NCBI GenBank assembly: GCA_947449135.1
Contig: CANFQO010000002.1
Span: forward strand, 2,430-66,429
Length of the DNA stretch: 64,000 bases
DNA from: Planctomycetaceae bacterium
Lineage (GTDB): Bacteria; Planctomycetota; Planctomycetia; Pirellulales; UBA1268
Direction of reading: 5' to 3'
The notes under the pieces are model-generated. The model did no database searches. It saw nothing but the letters and a program-made list of their open reading frames with translations, and was not told the origin of the DNA. A program made the position numbers and the translations under genes. Shown here piece after piece: positions 44,646-53,994 of the stretch (the stretch's first letter is position 1; every line of letters starts with the position of its first letter).

Positions 44646-46184
44646 CTAACTGGCCTCAACCCTGGCGGCGAGCACACGGCCGGCCGGTAGCGATCGCAGT
44701 TCGCCGTCTTCCGCAACGAGAATACCGCCCTTGAAGACCTGCGCCGGCATCGCAAACATCTGCGAGAGATCGGGATCGGGGCGATAGACCGTGATGTCGG
44801 CATCGGCCCCGACGCCGAGGTGTCCCTTCTGTGGAAGCCCGGCAATCCGCGCGGGAGCTGCCCGCGTGATGATGCAGAGCTCCTGCAGCGAGTATTCGCG
44901 GGTGATTCCCGCCAGCGGGCTCCGCTTCCGCACGGCCGGATGGATCCGCGCGAAGGCCTCGCGGCGAAATGCCGCGTCACCCAGCAGCCGCATGAGATGC
45001 GGATAGGCGGTGAAGTGTGCGCCGTTGGGATGGTCGGTCGAGAGCACCAGCCGCCAGGGATCGGCGGCCGTGAGAAACCATTCCAGGCCGATGGCCCATT
45101 GCCAGGCATGGACGAGGCTCTTCTCCCGGTAGCTGATCGGCAGCACACCGCAGCCCCCTTCGAGATGCAGGTCGTGCGACATCCACGGCACACCGGTGGC
45201 ATGGGCCAGGTGCTCGGCGGCCGCTGAGTCGCCCGTCATCGCCACCGTGTCGCCGAAGAGCACCTGCCCGACGTCGAGCGTGAGTTCCGGGTGCGTGTTG
45301 AACCACTCGACGACCGGGGCGACCCCCGAGCCGAACGTGTCGGCGTCAAGATCGCCGCCAGTGTAGCTGTGAAATTGCACGTGCGCCAGATGCGCCGGAA
45401 TGCCGTCAAACGTCCGCATCGTCTCCAGCAGTGTCCGCCAGTTGCCCGGCAGGCCGAGGTTGGCGGTGTGCACATGGAGCGGGTGCGGCAGTCGAATCGC
45501 CTGCACCGCCCGGGCCAGTCGCTCAAGAAGCATGCGGCCGGTGAGTGCCATGCCTGGCAGCGGCGTGTCGAGATCGCGGTGGTCGCCGCGTCGGCCCCGC
45601 TTCCAGAATGCCGGACCACCCGGATTGGCCACCTTCACCGCCCAGCCCTGACCAGACCGCACCGCGTCGGCCACCAATCGTTGCACCTCGCGGCCGGTGT
45701 CGTCGCGGTCGAGGGCTGTCAGAATCTCGGCGTCGTCTGCCGCCAGCAGGTAGATCCCCTTGTCGAGGATGGGAAGCTCGGCGAGTTCGAGGTGGGCCAC
45801 GCCGGCGGCGGCGGTAGCGATCGCTGCATCGAACACCGTCGTGTAGCCGAGCGCCGCATAGAGCGCGCCTGTGGAGTGGATCGTGGGCACGGCGGCAGGG
45901 GAACGACGGGCGAGGTGCGGGGCGATGCGCCGCCCCGCATTCACCTTGGGGCCGGCCACATGACTATGGAGGTCGACGCCGCCGGGCATCACGACACGGC
46001 CGCGTGCATCAATCTGCACGAAGTCCTGCGGATTCGCAGGGGGTGCAATGATCCGGCCGTTCTCCACCCAGAGATCGGCGACGACACCGTCACGGCCGTG
46101 AGCGGGATCGTGGATCGTGCCGCCCGCGATGACGAATTGGCGAGAGTCGGTCGAACGGTCGTCGACGACGGAGGTCATGCTCAT
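44646..46184 (-). CDS. fhcA: Formylmethanofuran dehydrogenase subunit A-like amidohydrolase (FhcA)
   Basis: GGVDLHSHVAGPKVN and an overall amidohydrolase pattern. The ATG overlaps the fhcB stop (ATGA). Confidence 0.85.
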   Translation of the reverse strand: MSMTSVVDDRSTDSRQFVIAGGTIHDPAHGRDGVVADLWVENGRIIAPPANPQDFVQIDARGRVVMPGGVDLHSHVAGPKVNAGRRIAPHLARRSPAAVPTIHSTGALYAALGYTTVFDAAIATAAAGVAHLELAELPILDKGIYLLAADDAEILTALDRDDTGREVQRLVADAVRSGQGWAVKVANPGGPAFWKRGRRGDHRDLDTPLPGMALTGRMLLERLARAVQAIRLPHPLHVHTANLGLPGNWRTLLETMRTFDGIPAHLAHVQFHSYTGGDLDADTFGSGVAPVVEWFNTHPELTLDVGQVLFGDTVAMTGDSAAAEHLAHATGVPWMSHDLHLEGGCGVLPISYREKSLVHAWQWAIGLEWFLTAADPWRLVLSTDHPNGAHFTAYPHLMRLLGDAAFRREAFARIHPAVRKRSPLAGITREYSLQELCIITRAAPARIAGLPQKGHLGVGADADITVYRPDPDLSQMFAMPAQVFKGGILVAEDGELRSLPAGRVLAARVEAS

Positions 46185-47515
46185 GGCCGGCCTCCAGCAG
46201 GGGGCATGGCGAGCGCGTGCCGCACGGCGGCGGTGAGATCGACGAGCAGTTCCCGCATCTGGGGCGCGGTGGATGACTGACAGGCCGCCAGCACGACACG
46301 CCGGCCATCCTCACGGAGCATCGTGCCGCTGGTGGCGATCGTTCCGCTGGCGCAGCGGAGTTGGAGCGTGTGTCCGAGCGGCCGCGGCAGTGGCTCCGGG
46401 GCATCGCAGAGGCGGACCAGCGAGAGAGCATCGCCACGAGCCACGATGGCCTGTTCGAGTGGGCCGCTCAGCCGCCCCAGGACAACGACGGCGTCCACCT
46501 CACTTCGTTCGATGAGCCGCCAGGCATCCGACTCGGCGGGCAGAAACCGGCTGCCCATCCGATCGGCACGGGCAATGCCGCCGGCCGCACCATACCGCCA
46601 CGTGCAGACCGTCGCAGCACCAGCGACGTTGGCACCGCTGCCTGCCAGGCCCGAGCCGAGCGGAATCTGGAAGGCGGGCTTTTCATGCGCGATCGTTCGG
46701 ACCAGATGCACGATGCTCCAGGACTCCAGACCGACCGGATCATCGCCATCGTTGGTGACGATCGCCACGCAGCCGGCCGAGTGAATCACTTCGTGCAACT
46801 CCGTGCAGACGGCGGCCAGTCGCTCGTCGAGAGAGTCGGGAACGTGTCTGCCGGTAAGCCGCAGTTGCAGGCAGCGGGCGGCTTCCACGGCACGATCGGG
46901 AGCGAGCGCCAGGTGACGATGGGGGGCTGCGTCGGGCAAGACACTGTCAGGGCCGACCGCAACCGTCCGACGGCGTGCTCCATTGGCCAGCGGAGGATCC
47001 ACGAACCGTTCGATGAACCTGGGATGGGAACTGGCAGGATTGCATTCCCAGAAGATCACGAGGTCGGCCCGGTCACGGAGTTCCTCCCAGGCGGCGGTCA
47101 CCTCGCCGGCCCGCGCGATCGTGGGCCCGGCGGCCCGGGCGGATTCGGGCAGGCCGGCATCGACCGCGGCGCCGAGAAGTTCGGCGAGGTCACAGGCGGC
47201 GGTGATCGCCTCCAGCGTGCCGCCGGTCAGACCAGTGACGAGCACGCGTCGGGCCGACGAAAGCATCCCCACGGCCCGCTCCAGGGCAGTGCCTCGGGCC
47301 AGCGGCAGGCCGTTCTCCCACGCCTCCGAAGACTGGCCACCCGCGGGCCGAACAGGGTTGGAGGCGAGTGCTGCGAGGATCGCCTCGCGGCCGGAGAGGC
47401 ACGCTCCATCCACGCGGTCGCCGAGGATCAGGATGTCGTCGCAGAGCAGCGGGCAGGCGGTGCAGACACACCGCATTGCATCCGTTCCGCTGGAATCTGG
47501 CGACGCCTGCTTCAC
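46181..47515 (-). CDS. fhcB: Formylmethanofuran dehydrogenase subunit B-like protein (FhcB)
   Basis: The N-terminus MRCVCTACPLLCDDI is the FwdB-type Cys cluster. A molybdopterin-oxidoreductase-like fold pattern is present. The GTG start overlaps the stop of the upstream DUF1080 gene (GTGA). Confidence 0.8.
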   Translation of the reverse strand: MKQASPDSSGTDAMRCVCTACPLLCDDILILGDRVDGACLSGREAILAALASNPVRPAGGQSSEAWENGLPLARGTALERAVGMLSSARRVLVTGLTGGTLEAITAACDLAELLGAAVDAGLPESARAAGPTIARAGEVTAAWEELRDRADLVIFWECNPASSHPRFIERFVDPPLANGARRRTVAVGPDSVLPDAAPHRHLALAPDRAVEAARCLQLRLTGRHVPDSLDERLAAVCTELHEVIHSAGCVAIVTNDGDDPVGLESWSIVHLVRTIAHEKPAFQIPLGSGLAGSGANVAGAATVCTWRYGAAGGIARADRMGSRFLPAESDAWRLIERSEVDAVVVLGRLSGPLEQAIVARGDALSLVRLCDAPEPLPRPLGHTLQLRCASGTIATSGTMLREDGRRVVLAACQSSTAPQMRELLVDLTAAVRHALAMPPAGGRP

Positions 47516-48552
47516 GACTTCGGCAGCACCCAGATGTTCCGGTAGCGGACCGGATTGCCATGGTTCTGAAGATAGAGCGGGCCCTTCGCCGCCTCTTGCT
47601 TCAGGGGGCCGCCAGGCGTGATTCCCGGTACTTCGACGTTATTGTGAATGACGGTGCCGTTGTGTCGCACGGTCATCCGGGCGTTGGCCACCTTCTTTTC
47701 GCCTTCAAAACGCGGAGCGGTAACGTCGATGTCGTAGGTCTGCCAAGCCAGAGGCGGCAGGCACATGTTCACGAACGGAGCAGCAGCCTGATAGATGCCG
47801 CCGCACTCGTTGTCTTTTCCTTCCAGGCCGAAACTGTCGAGCATCTGCGTTTCGTAGGAGCCCATCAGATAGGCGCCGCTATTGCCACGGCCCTGCCCGC
47901 GATCCTTGGGCTGGTAGGGCAGGCGAAACTCGATGTGCCAGCGGGCGTCGCCAAAGCTGTCTTTGGTGGTCACGCCCTCCATCAACAGACCGTCTTCCGA
48001 GACACGGCCGTCGGCGAGTTTGGAGGTGTCGGTGCTGGTGCCGGTGCCGTCATAGATCACGATTGCGCCCTGCGGCGGCTTTTCGCCAAGTGTGGTGCTG
48101 CTGCGGTTTGCCTTGGCAAACCTGCCGACCTCGCGGCCTGACTCGGCGAACGTGATGAACTCGCCCTTTCGGATCTCTGCCAGATGGGAGTTGCCTTCCC
48201 AGTCAACCGCCTTGATCTTCACCACAGCGGCGTCGCCTTCCCCCTCGCGGACGCCCGTGCCTTTGACCTTGTTCGGTGGCGTCCAGCCGTCACCGGGCAG
48301 TCCGCCCGGATAGGCGACCACGTCGAACTTCCCGTCGCCCAGTGCGATCACCTGCACGCCGATGGGCATCGGCTGCCCTTGAGCCGTGATCGTGCCGGAG
48401 TATTCCCCCTGAAACGGGAAGTCGGTGTCGGTCTTCGTGGGGTCGGCATACGCCGGATTGTCCGAGGGAGCGGCGATCACGACAGGCAGGCGGGTGACAC
48501 TCAGGCCGACGAGCAGGCCGGCGGACAGCACGAAATGGATAAACCGTTGCAT
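47512..48552 (-). CDS. DUF1080 (3-keto-disaccharide-hydrolase-like, concanavalin-type) exported protein
   Basis: WHIEFRLPYQP, GNSGAYLMGSYETQMLDS, ECGGIYQAAAP, LAWQTYDIDVTAPRF, VRHNGTVIHNNVEV and PLYLQNHGNPVRYRNIWVLP. The signal peptide starts at MQRFIHF. Confidence 0.85.
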   Translation of the reverse strand: MQRFIHFVLSAGLLVGLSVTRLPVVIAAPSDNPAYADPTKTDTDFPFQGEYSGTITAQGQPMPIGVQVIALGDGKFDVVAYPGGLPGDGWTPPNKVKGTGVREGEGDAAVVKIKAVDWEGNSHLAEIRKGEFITFAESGREVGRFAKANRSSTTLGEKPPQGAIVIYDGTGTSTDTSKLADGRVSEDGLLMEGVTTKDSFGDARWHIEFRLPYQPKDRGQGRGNSGAYLMGSYETQMLDSFGLEGKDNECGGIYQAAAPFVNMCLPPLAWQTYDIDVTAPRFEGEKKVANARMTVRHNGTVIHNNVEVPGITPGGPLKQEAAKGPLYLQNHGNPVRYRNIWVLPKS

Positions 48553-48645
48553 CACGAAACTCCTGGAAGGGGGGAGCGACAAGTATGCGCCAAAATCGCA
48601 AGGGATGGGAGGGAATGCCGAAAGCCAAGAAAGGACCGCAGGTTT

Positions 48646-49956
48646 TCAACGCGTGGGATCGGCCGCGGGACATTGGATGCGCTCGACGCGGCCCACGACG
48701 AGGCCGTAGCAGATGGCGCCGAGGATGGCGGTGATCCCGATGTAGGTGATTGCCGGCCGGAAGTCGTCGCCCTTCACCAACAGGCCAATCACGATCGGCA
48801 CGGTCACCGACGCGAGATTTCCGATGAAGTTGAACATCCCTCCGGTGAGCCCGATCAGGCGTTCTGGTGCGATGGCGGAAACCAGCGACCAGGTGATCGA
48901 TGCCAGTCCGTTGCCAAAGAAGGCGACCGCGAGGCAGGCGATCACAAGCGCGGGGCTCTCCACATAATTGGCGCCGATGATACTCGATGAGATCAGGAGC
49001 CCCGAGATGATGGGCAGTTTGCGGGCGACGCCCAGGGAGTAGCCGCGGCGCACCAGCAGGTCTGACAGCAGACCCGAGCAGAGCACTCCGAGGAAGGCGG
49101 CGAGAAATGGCACCGCGGCGAGGAAGCCCGCCTTGATGAAGTCCATCCCGCGATACTTCACGAGGTAGGTGGGAAACCAGGTGAGAAAAAACCAGAGCGT
49201 GGAGTTCAGGCAGAACTGCCCGAGGTAGATGCCCCAGAGTTTGCGATTGTTGAGTACGGCGACTAGGTCGCCTGATCGGAAGGCCGATCGGCTGCGGTTG
49301 CGCTGATCAAGATCGACGAGGCCGCCACCCTGCTGGATGAGCGCGATCTCCGCGGCATTGGCACCGGCAAACTCCTTCGGTTCGCGGTAGACGGCATACC
49401 AGATCGCCGCCCAGAGAATGCCGACACCGCCGGTGATGACAAAGACCATCTGCCATCCAAACGACTGCTGAAGGGCCACGAGCACGGGCGTCAGGAAGGC
49501 GAGGCCGACGAACTGCCCCGAGGTATAGAAGCCGATCGCGGTGGCCCGCTCCCGTTCGGGAAACCAGGTGGTGACCACGCGGTTGTTGATCGGATAGGCC
49601 GGTGCTTCGAATGCTCCCACGGCCAGCCGTAGAACGATCAGACCGATGATGTTGCCAACAAAGCCAAGGCCGATGGTGGCAAGCGACCAGAGTGCGATCG
49701 CCGCTGGATAGAGGATCCGCGGCTGCACCTTGTCCACGAGCCAGCCGCCGGGCACTTGCAAGGCTGCGTAGGTCCAGCCGAAAGCGGAGAGGATCAGGCC
49801 CATTTGGGCCGGCTCAATCGCGAGATCCTTCGCCAGCAGCGGCGCAGCCACGGAGAGATTGCTGCGGTCGAGATAGTTGATCACCACCGTCACGAACAAC
49901 AGCAGCATGATCAGATAGCGAGCCCGCGAAGGCTGCGACGTGGTTGCTGTGTTCAT
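48646..49956 (-). CDS. dgoT: D-galactonate transporter (MFS, anion:cation symporter family)
   Basis: It is similar along its whole length to E. coli DgoT as I recall it (NYLDRSNLSVAAP, EAPAYPINNRVVTTWFPERERATAIGFYTSGQFVGLAFLTP, FLTWFPTYL, GLTGGMFNF). Confidence 0.88.
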   Translation of the reverse strand: MNTATTSQPSRARYLIMLLLFVTVVINYLDRSNLSVAAPLLAKDLAIEPAQMGLILSAFGWTYAALQVPGGWLVDKVQPRILYPAAIALWSLATIGLGFVGNIIGLIVLRLAVGAFEAPAYPINNRVVTTWFPERERATAIGFYTSGQFVGLAFLTPVLVALQQSFGWQMVFVITGGVGILWAAIWYAVYREPKEFAGANAAEIALIQQGGGLVDLDQRNRSRSAFRSGDLVAVLNNRKLWGIYLGQFCLNSTLWFFLTWFPTYLVKYRGMDFIKAGFLAAVPFLAAFLGVLCSGLLSDLLVRRGYSLGVARKLPIISGLLISSSIIGANYVESPALVIACLAVAFFGNGLASITWSLVSAIAPERLIGLTGGMFNFIGNLASVTVPIVIGLLVKGDDFRPAITYIGITAILGAICYGLVVGRVERIQCPAADPTR

Positions 49957-50612
49957 TGGCAGGCCTGCCAGGCTGCGACGAATGCCGTCGCCGATTGCAT
50001 GGTCTGTTTTGCCGTGTGTCCGGGACTGTAGAGCGACGATCCCAGCCCGAAGCCGCTGGCGCCTGCGGCGACAAAATCGCCCATCGTGTCGACTGTAATG
50101 CCACCCACCGGCACGAGCGGCACGGCCGCGGGAAAGACTGCCCGCCAGGCTTTCACCACCGCCGGTCCGATCTGCTCTGCGGGAAACAGCTTGAGCCCAT
50201 CGGCGCCTGCTTCGATCGCGGCAAAACCCTCCGTGGGTGTGGCCACGCCAGGAAAGCTCAGGAGGTCGGCAGCCTTCGTGGCGCGGATCACGTCGGGATT
50301 CGCGTTTGGGGAAACGATGAATCTGCCGCCGGCGGCGGCGACGTCCGACACTTGTGAGGTCTGCAGGACGGTGCCGGCCCCGATGTGGGCCCGATCGCCC
50401 AGTTCGGAGGCGAGCAGGCGGATGCTCTCGAGAGGAGCGGGCGAATTGAGAGGAATCTCGATCAGCCGGAAGCCAGACTCGAAGAGCGCCAGACCGATGG
50501 GGATGACCTCATCGGGCCGTATCCCTCGGAGGATGGCGATCAGCGGAAGCGTGGCGAAGTGGCGATCGAGCCGAGGGTGTTCTGGCATGGAGAGGAGGAT
50601 TTCCTGCGGCAT
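49953..50612 (-). CDS. dgoA: 2-dehydro-3-deoxy-6-phosphogalactonate aldolase
   Basis: LPLIAILRGIRPDEV...IEIPLNSP...IGAGTVL...KLFPA...VGGI...GLGSSLY is collinear with E. coli DgoA as I recall it. Its stop overlaps the dgoT start. Confidence 0.88.
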   Translation of the reverse strand: MPQEILLSMPEHPRLDRHFATLPLIAILRGIRPDEVIPIGLALFESGFRLIEIPLNSPAPLESIRLLASELGDRAHIGAGTVLQTSQVSDVAAAGGRFIVSPNANPDVIRATKAADLLSFPGVATPTEGFAAIEAGADGLKLFPAEQIGPAVVKAWRAVFPAAVPLVPVGGITVDTMGDFVAAGASGFGLGSSLYSPGHTAKQTMQSATAFVAAWQACQ

Positions 50613-50663
50613 TTTTCCATGGCGATGAGAAGGTGGCCGCCGCCCGATCCGAATGTGCGGAGA

Positions 50664-51689
50664 CTAGCCGCGGCCCATCTCGGGCCTTGCGAACACCAGC
50701 CTGCCGGCAGTCGTCTGCAGGGTGCTCGTCACACTCACATGCAGGGTGCGGCCGATCTGGTCGCGGCCCTGTTCGACCACCACCATCGTGCCGTCTTCGA
50801 GATAGCCCACGCCTTGCCCTGGCTCCTCGCCGGGCTTCATCACGCGCACGTCGAGCATGTCGCCTGGCACAAATACCGGCCGCAGTGCGAGCGCCAAGTC
50901 GTTGACATTGATTGCCTGCACGCTCCGGACCGCGGCAATCTTCATGACGTTTGAATCGGCGGTGACAACCCGGCCACTGAGATCGCCGGCCATGCCCACC
51001 ACCCGAGATTCGGTGGTCGCATCGGGATCGTCATCGCGTTGGGGCGGCAGCACTTCAAACTCGATCGACTTTCCTTCGCGAAGACGGGCGAGCACGTCGA
51101 GTCCCCGGCGGCCGCGGATTCGGCGAAACTTGTCGGATGATTCCGCAGCCTCCTGCAGCTCATCCACGACGAACGAGGGCACCACGAACCGGCTTTGAAA
51201 AAGACCCGATTCGGCCAGTTCGGTGACCCGGCCGTCGATAATCGCGCTCGCATCGAGCACGTTGGGTCGCAGTCCCTTCACGTCGCGGGCGAATTCGATG
51301 TATGGGATGATGAAGCGGAAGTCGTCGCGAGTCTGCAGGAGCAGGCTCGTGCAGATGTAACAGAGGATCATCCCCAACGCCGACGGCACGAGCCCCAAAA
51401 GAGGGGATGCTGGGAGCGACGCGAGCAGGGGCGTGAGGGCGAGAATGGCGACGTAGGTGAGAAACACACCGATCAGCAGGCCAAAGTAGATCGACGTGAT
51501 CACCGTCAAGTCCTTGCGACGCAAGGACATGTCGATGCCGATCACCACCAGCGGCAGCACGATCATGCCGACGAGGATGATCCACGGCAGCGTTTCGGAA
51601 GTATTCCGAACGCCGGGCGATTGGAACATGAGGACCGCAATCCCCACTGAGACCATCACGAAGAGTGACCGGAGTACAACGAGAGCCAT
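50664..51689 (-). CDS. Membrane-anchored PIN-domain plus TRAM-domain protein (YacL-like)
   Basis: It has four N-terminal TM helices, then a PIN-like VLDASAIIDGRV...VVPSFVVDELQ, then a C-terminal TRAM-like GDMLDVRVMKPGEEPGQGVGYLEDGTMVVVE. Confidence 0.8.
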   Translation of the reverse strand: MALVVLRSLFVMVSVGIAVLMFQSPGVRNTSETLPWIILVGMIVLPLVVIGIDMSLRRKDLTVITSIYFGLLIGVFLTYVAILALTPLLASLPASPLLGLVPSALGMILCYICTSLLLQTRDDFRFIIPYIEFARDVKGLRPNVLDASAIIDGRVTELAESGLFQSRFVVPSFVVDELQEAAESSDKFRRIRGRRGLDVLARLREGKSIEFEVLPPQRDDDPDATTESRVVGMAGDLSGRVVTADSNVMKIAAVRSVQAINVNDLALALRPVFVPGDMLDVRVMKPGEEPGQGVGYLEDGTMVVVEQGRDQIGRTLHVSVTSTLQTTAGRLVFARPEMGRG

Positions 51690-51788
51690 GGCAGGAGGGA
51701 TGTTTTTGGGGTGGGTGTGGAATCAAGCTGTGTGTCAAAAAGGAAGACGACTAGGGTACCACACCCCCTAGGAGGCCGCGAACTACCG

Positions 51789-52955
51789 TCAAAATGCGCC
51801 GATCCGCAGGTCGTGGTCCCGGTCCAGGAAACGGTCTGTCATGCCGGCGATATAGTCGGCCACGCTCCGCCGCACACCAAACCGCTCGATGCGGCCGCGA
51901 AAGCTGGCCGGCATTTCGTCGGGGTGAAGGCAATACCATTCGAACAGTCGGGTCAGTTTCCGCTGTGCCGGTACGCGGACCGCCAGCACCCGGTCGCTGC
52001 GGTAGACCCGTTGGAACAGAAACTGCTCCAGGATGCGCTTGCCAGCCGTCACGGCCGGCGCGTGGGAAACGATCCGCACACCGGGCATGCCGTTGTGGCC
52101 ACGAAACACCTCCCTGACCTGCGCCACCGATTCGATTCCCAGAGACGCGATGGTGGCCCGGCTCCGCGTCACGAGTTCCGCCACCTCGAACTCCACCACT
52201 TCATGCAGGGCCGCCCGTCGCAGTTCGGAGCCTGCCAGCGTCCCGTAGCGGTCGCAGGCGCGGGCGGCGGCCTCAGCCACGAGCGGAATCTCGAGCAATT
52301 CGTCCATGGTCACGAGTCCCAGTTCGACGGCGTCGTCGGCGTCATGGGTGTCGTAGGCGATCGAGTCGGCCGCATCGACTACCTGGGCTTCGAGCAACGG
52401 TGCTGGCGCCGTGCCGTCCTTCTTCCGAGTGGCTTGGGCGTCGAGCACCTCGCGGGAGAGATTCAGACCCGGAAAATTCGGATAGCGGATCTCCAGCAGT
52501 TCCACGATCCGCAAGGCCTGTGCGTTGTGGTTGAATCCACCCTCGTCAGCGAGCAGTTCCGAGAGTGTGTCCTCGCCGGCGTGCCCGAGCGGCGGATGGC
52601 CGATGTCGTGCGCCAGGGCCAGTGTCTCGACTAGGTCCTCGTTGAGGGCGAGGCTGCGGGCGAGCGTCCGGGCGATGCTCGTCACCTCCAGCGTGTGCGT
52701 CAGTCGGCTGCGGTGATAGTCGCCGTGGTAGCCGGTGAAGACCTGTGTCTTGTGAGCGAGCCGACGAAACGCGGCTGAATGGACGATGCGGTCGCGGTCG
52801 CGCTGGTAGGGGCTGCGAAACGCGTGCGGTGTTTCTGCGTGTACCCGGCCGGCCGAGTCGGCGGCGTGCATTGCCCACGGGGCAAGCAGGAGCGATTCCC
52901 GTTGCTGCCAGTCGGGAGCCGCGTGCATGCCATCGAGGCCGGCGGTCGCTGTCAT
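51789..52955 (-). CDS. dGTPase-like HD-domain triphosphohydrolase
   Basis: SPYQRDRDRIVHSAAFRRLAHKTQVF, RLTHTLEVTSIAR, LAHDIGHPPLGHAGE and DYIAGMTDRF. The start is at MTATAGL (ATG 52955), which overlaps the HIT gene stop (ATGA). Confidence 0.9.
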   Translation of the reverse strand: MTATAGLDGMHAAPDWQQRESLLLAPWAMHAADSAGRVHAETPHAFRSPYQRDRDRIVHSAAFRRLAHKTQVFTGYHGDYHRSRLTHTLEVTSIARTLARSLALNEDLVETLALAHDIGHPPLGHAGEDTLSELLADEGGFNHNAQALRIVELLEIRYPNFPGLNLSREVLDAQATRKKDGTAPAPLLEAQVVDAADSIAYDTHDADDAVELGLVTMDELLEIPLVAEAAARACDRYGTLAGSELRRAALHEVVEFEVAELVTRSRATIASLGIESVAQVREVFRGHNGMPGVRIVSHAPAVTAGKRILEQFLFQRVYRSDRVLAVRVPAQRKLTRLFEWYCLHPDEMPASFRGRIERFGVRRSVADYIAGMTDRFLDRDHDLRIGAF

Positions 52956-53536
52956 CGTGAGTCCCCGTCGCACGTGTGTGTCGGTTGGTGGGGCAGGGCG
53001 GCGCCTGCCGCCACGAGCTGCTGCCACAGGCTGTCGAGCGACTGCGGCAGTACGCGGACGCCCGCGACCGTCGCCATGAAGTTCACGTCGCCCGGCCAAC
53101 GCGGCACAATGTGCCAGTGGAGGTGGCCCGGCAGCCCTGCGCCAGCGACGGCGCCGAGGTTGAGGCCGATGTTGAAGCCGTGGGCCTGCATCGACCGCTC
53201 CATGACGCCGCACCACGTCACGATGCAAGTCTGCAGATCAAGGAGCTGCTCAGGCGAGAGGTCGGCAAGCGTGGCCCGATGGTCGAGCGGCGCGACGAGC
53301 AGGTGGCCATTGGAGTAGGGGAAGCGGTTGGTGACGACCACGCTCACGTGTGTGCGTGCGACCACGCCCAAAGCCCTGTCGTGCGCGGGATCCGCCGCGG
53401 CCGCCCGGCAGAGAAAGCAGCCGTGGGCGGCGCCATCGCGCCAGCGGGCGGGTTCCACCGATTCCGGAGGCACGCCCTTGTCGTGACCCTGCACATATCC
53501 CAGCCGCCAGGGTGCCCAGAGGGTTTCGTTGCTCAT
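52952..53536 (-). CDS. HIT-family nucleotide hydrolase/transferase
   Basis: It has the histidine-triad motif PGHLHWHIVPRW, preceded by NRFPYSNGHLLV. The start is at MSNETLW (ATG 53536). The longer ORF N-terminus is translated repeat DNA. Confidence 0.9.
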   Translation of the reverse strand: MSNETLWAPWRLGYVQGHDKGVPPESVEPARWRDGAAHGCFLCRAAAADPAHDRALGVVARTHVSVVVTNRFPYSNGHLLVAPLDHRATLADLSPEQLLDLQTCIVTWCGVMERSMQAHGFNIGLNLGAVAGAGLPGHLHWHIVPRWPGDVNFMATVAGVRVLPQSLDSLWQQLVAAGAALPHQPTHTCDGDSR

Positions 53537-53601
53537 GGGGGGTATGGTATCCGACCGCGACCTCCTAGCCGCAACCCAGATCCGAAAGCTGGCGGCGGTT
53601 C

Positions 53602-53732
53602 GGGGCTGCCCATGCCCCGTCGCCGGACGTTCGCTGCGGACATCCTGTCCTACGCTCACTCGATGCTGACTGCGCTTCGGCATCCTGCCTGCGCTTGTCA
53701 ACAACGCCGGCTCTCGGGACATGGGCAGCCCC
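53602..53732 (-). repeat. Structured intergenic repeat element, copy 2 (131 nt, 18-bp terminal stem)
   Basis: The ends GGGGCTGCCCATGCCCCG and CGGGACATGGGCAGCCCC are inverted complements (17/18). It has an internal hairpin at 53665-53702. It shares conserved blocks with 13224-13428. Confidence 0.7.
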
Positions 53733-53800
53733 TCACGGATGCATCAACCACGAAAATGGGGACGGGACCAGTAGTGTTCGGCACGATACGTGCGATGCAC

Positions 53801-53828
53801 CGTGGGGGCATGTTTTCAACGTGCCCGG
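53801..53828 (+). repeat. Hairpin repeat copy 1: CGTGGGGGCATG-TTTTCAA-CGTGCCCGG
   Basis: 7-bp stem GGGCAUG/CGUGCCC and 7-nt loop UUUUCAA, read directly. Confidence 0.6.
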
Positions 53829-53994
53829 GAGTTGACGCTGCTGCTGCGTGCTGAATCCAGCCCGCCGGCTGCGGCATGCTCGTCGCCGGCGGACTTTGAC
53901 GTCGTCGACTCGTGGGCAATGGCTCGCCAACTCGCACAGTCAAAGTGCACCGGCTCCTGCGCGTGCCTCCGACCGGCTCCTCAGCATCTGGAAC

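Noticed and set aside
45291-47545. Plus-strand ORFs 45291-46280 (329 aa) and 46361-47545 (394 aa) opposite fhcA and fhcB
   Set aside because: They are shadow ORFs. The minus-strand frames carry FwdA and FwdB hallmarks and coupled start/stop overlaps.
48641-48660. Third GTTTTCAACG occurrence resembling the hairpin-repeat loop
   Set aside because: It overlaps the dgoT stop codon and C-terminal codons. The flanks cannot form the stem. It is probably a chance match.
50664-53536. PIN-TRAM, dGTPase-like and HIT genes as a possible anti-phage defence island
   Set aside because: All three look like conserved housekeeping-type versions. They are tightly coupled to each other or to neighbours. No mobile-element, restriction, abortive-infection or other defence genes are nearby, and I see no compositional break.
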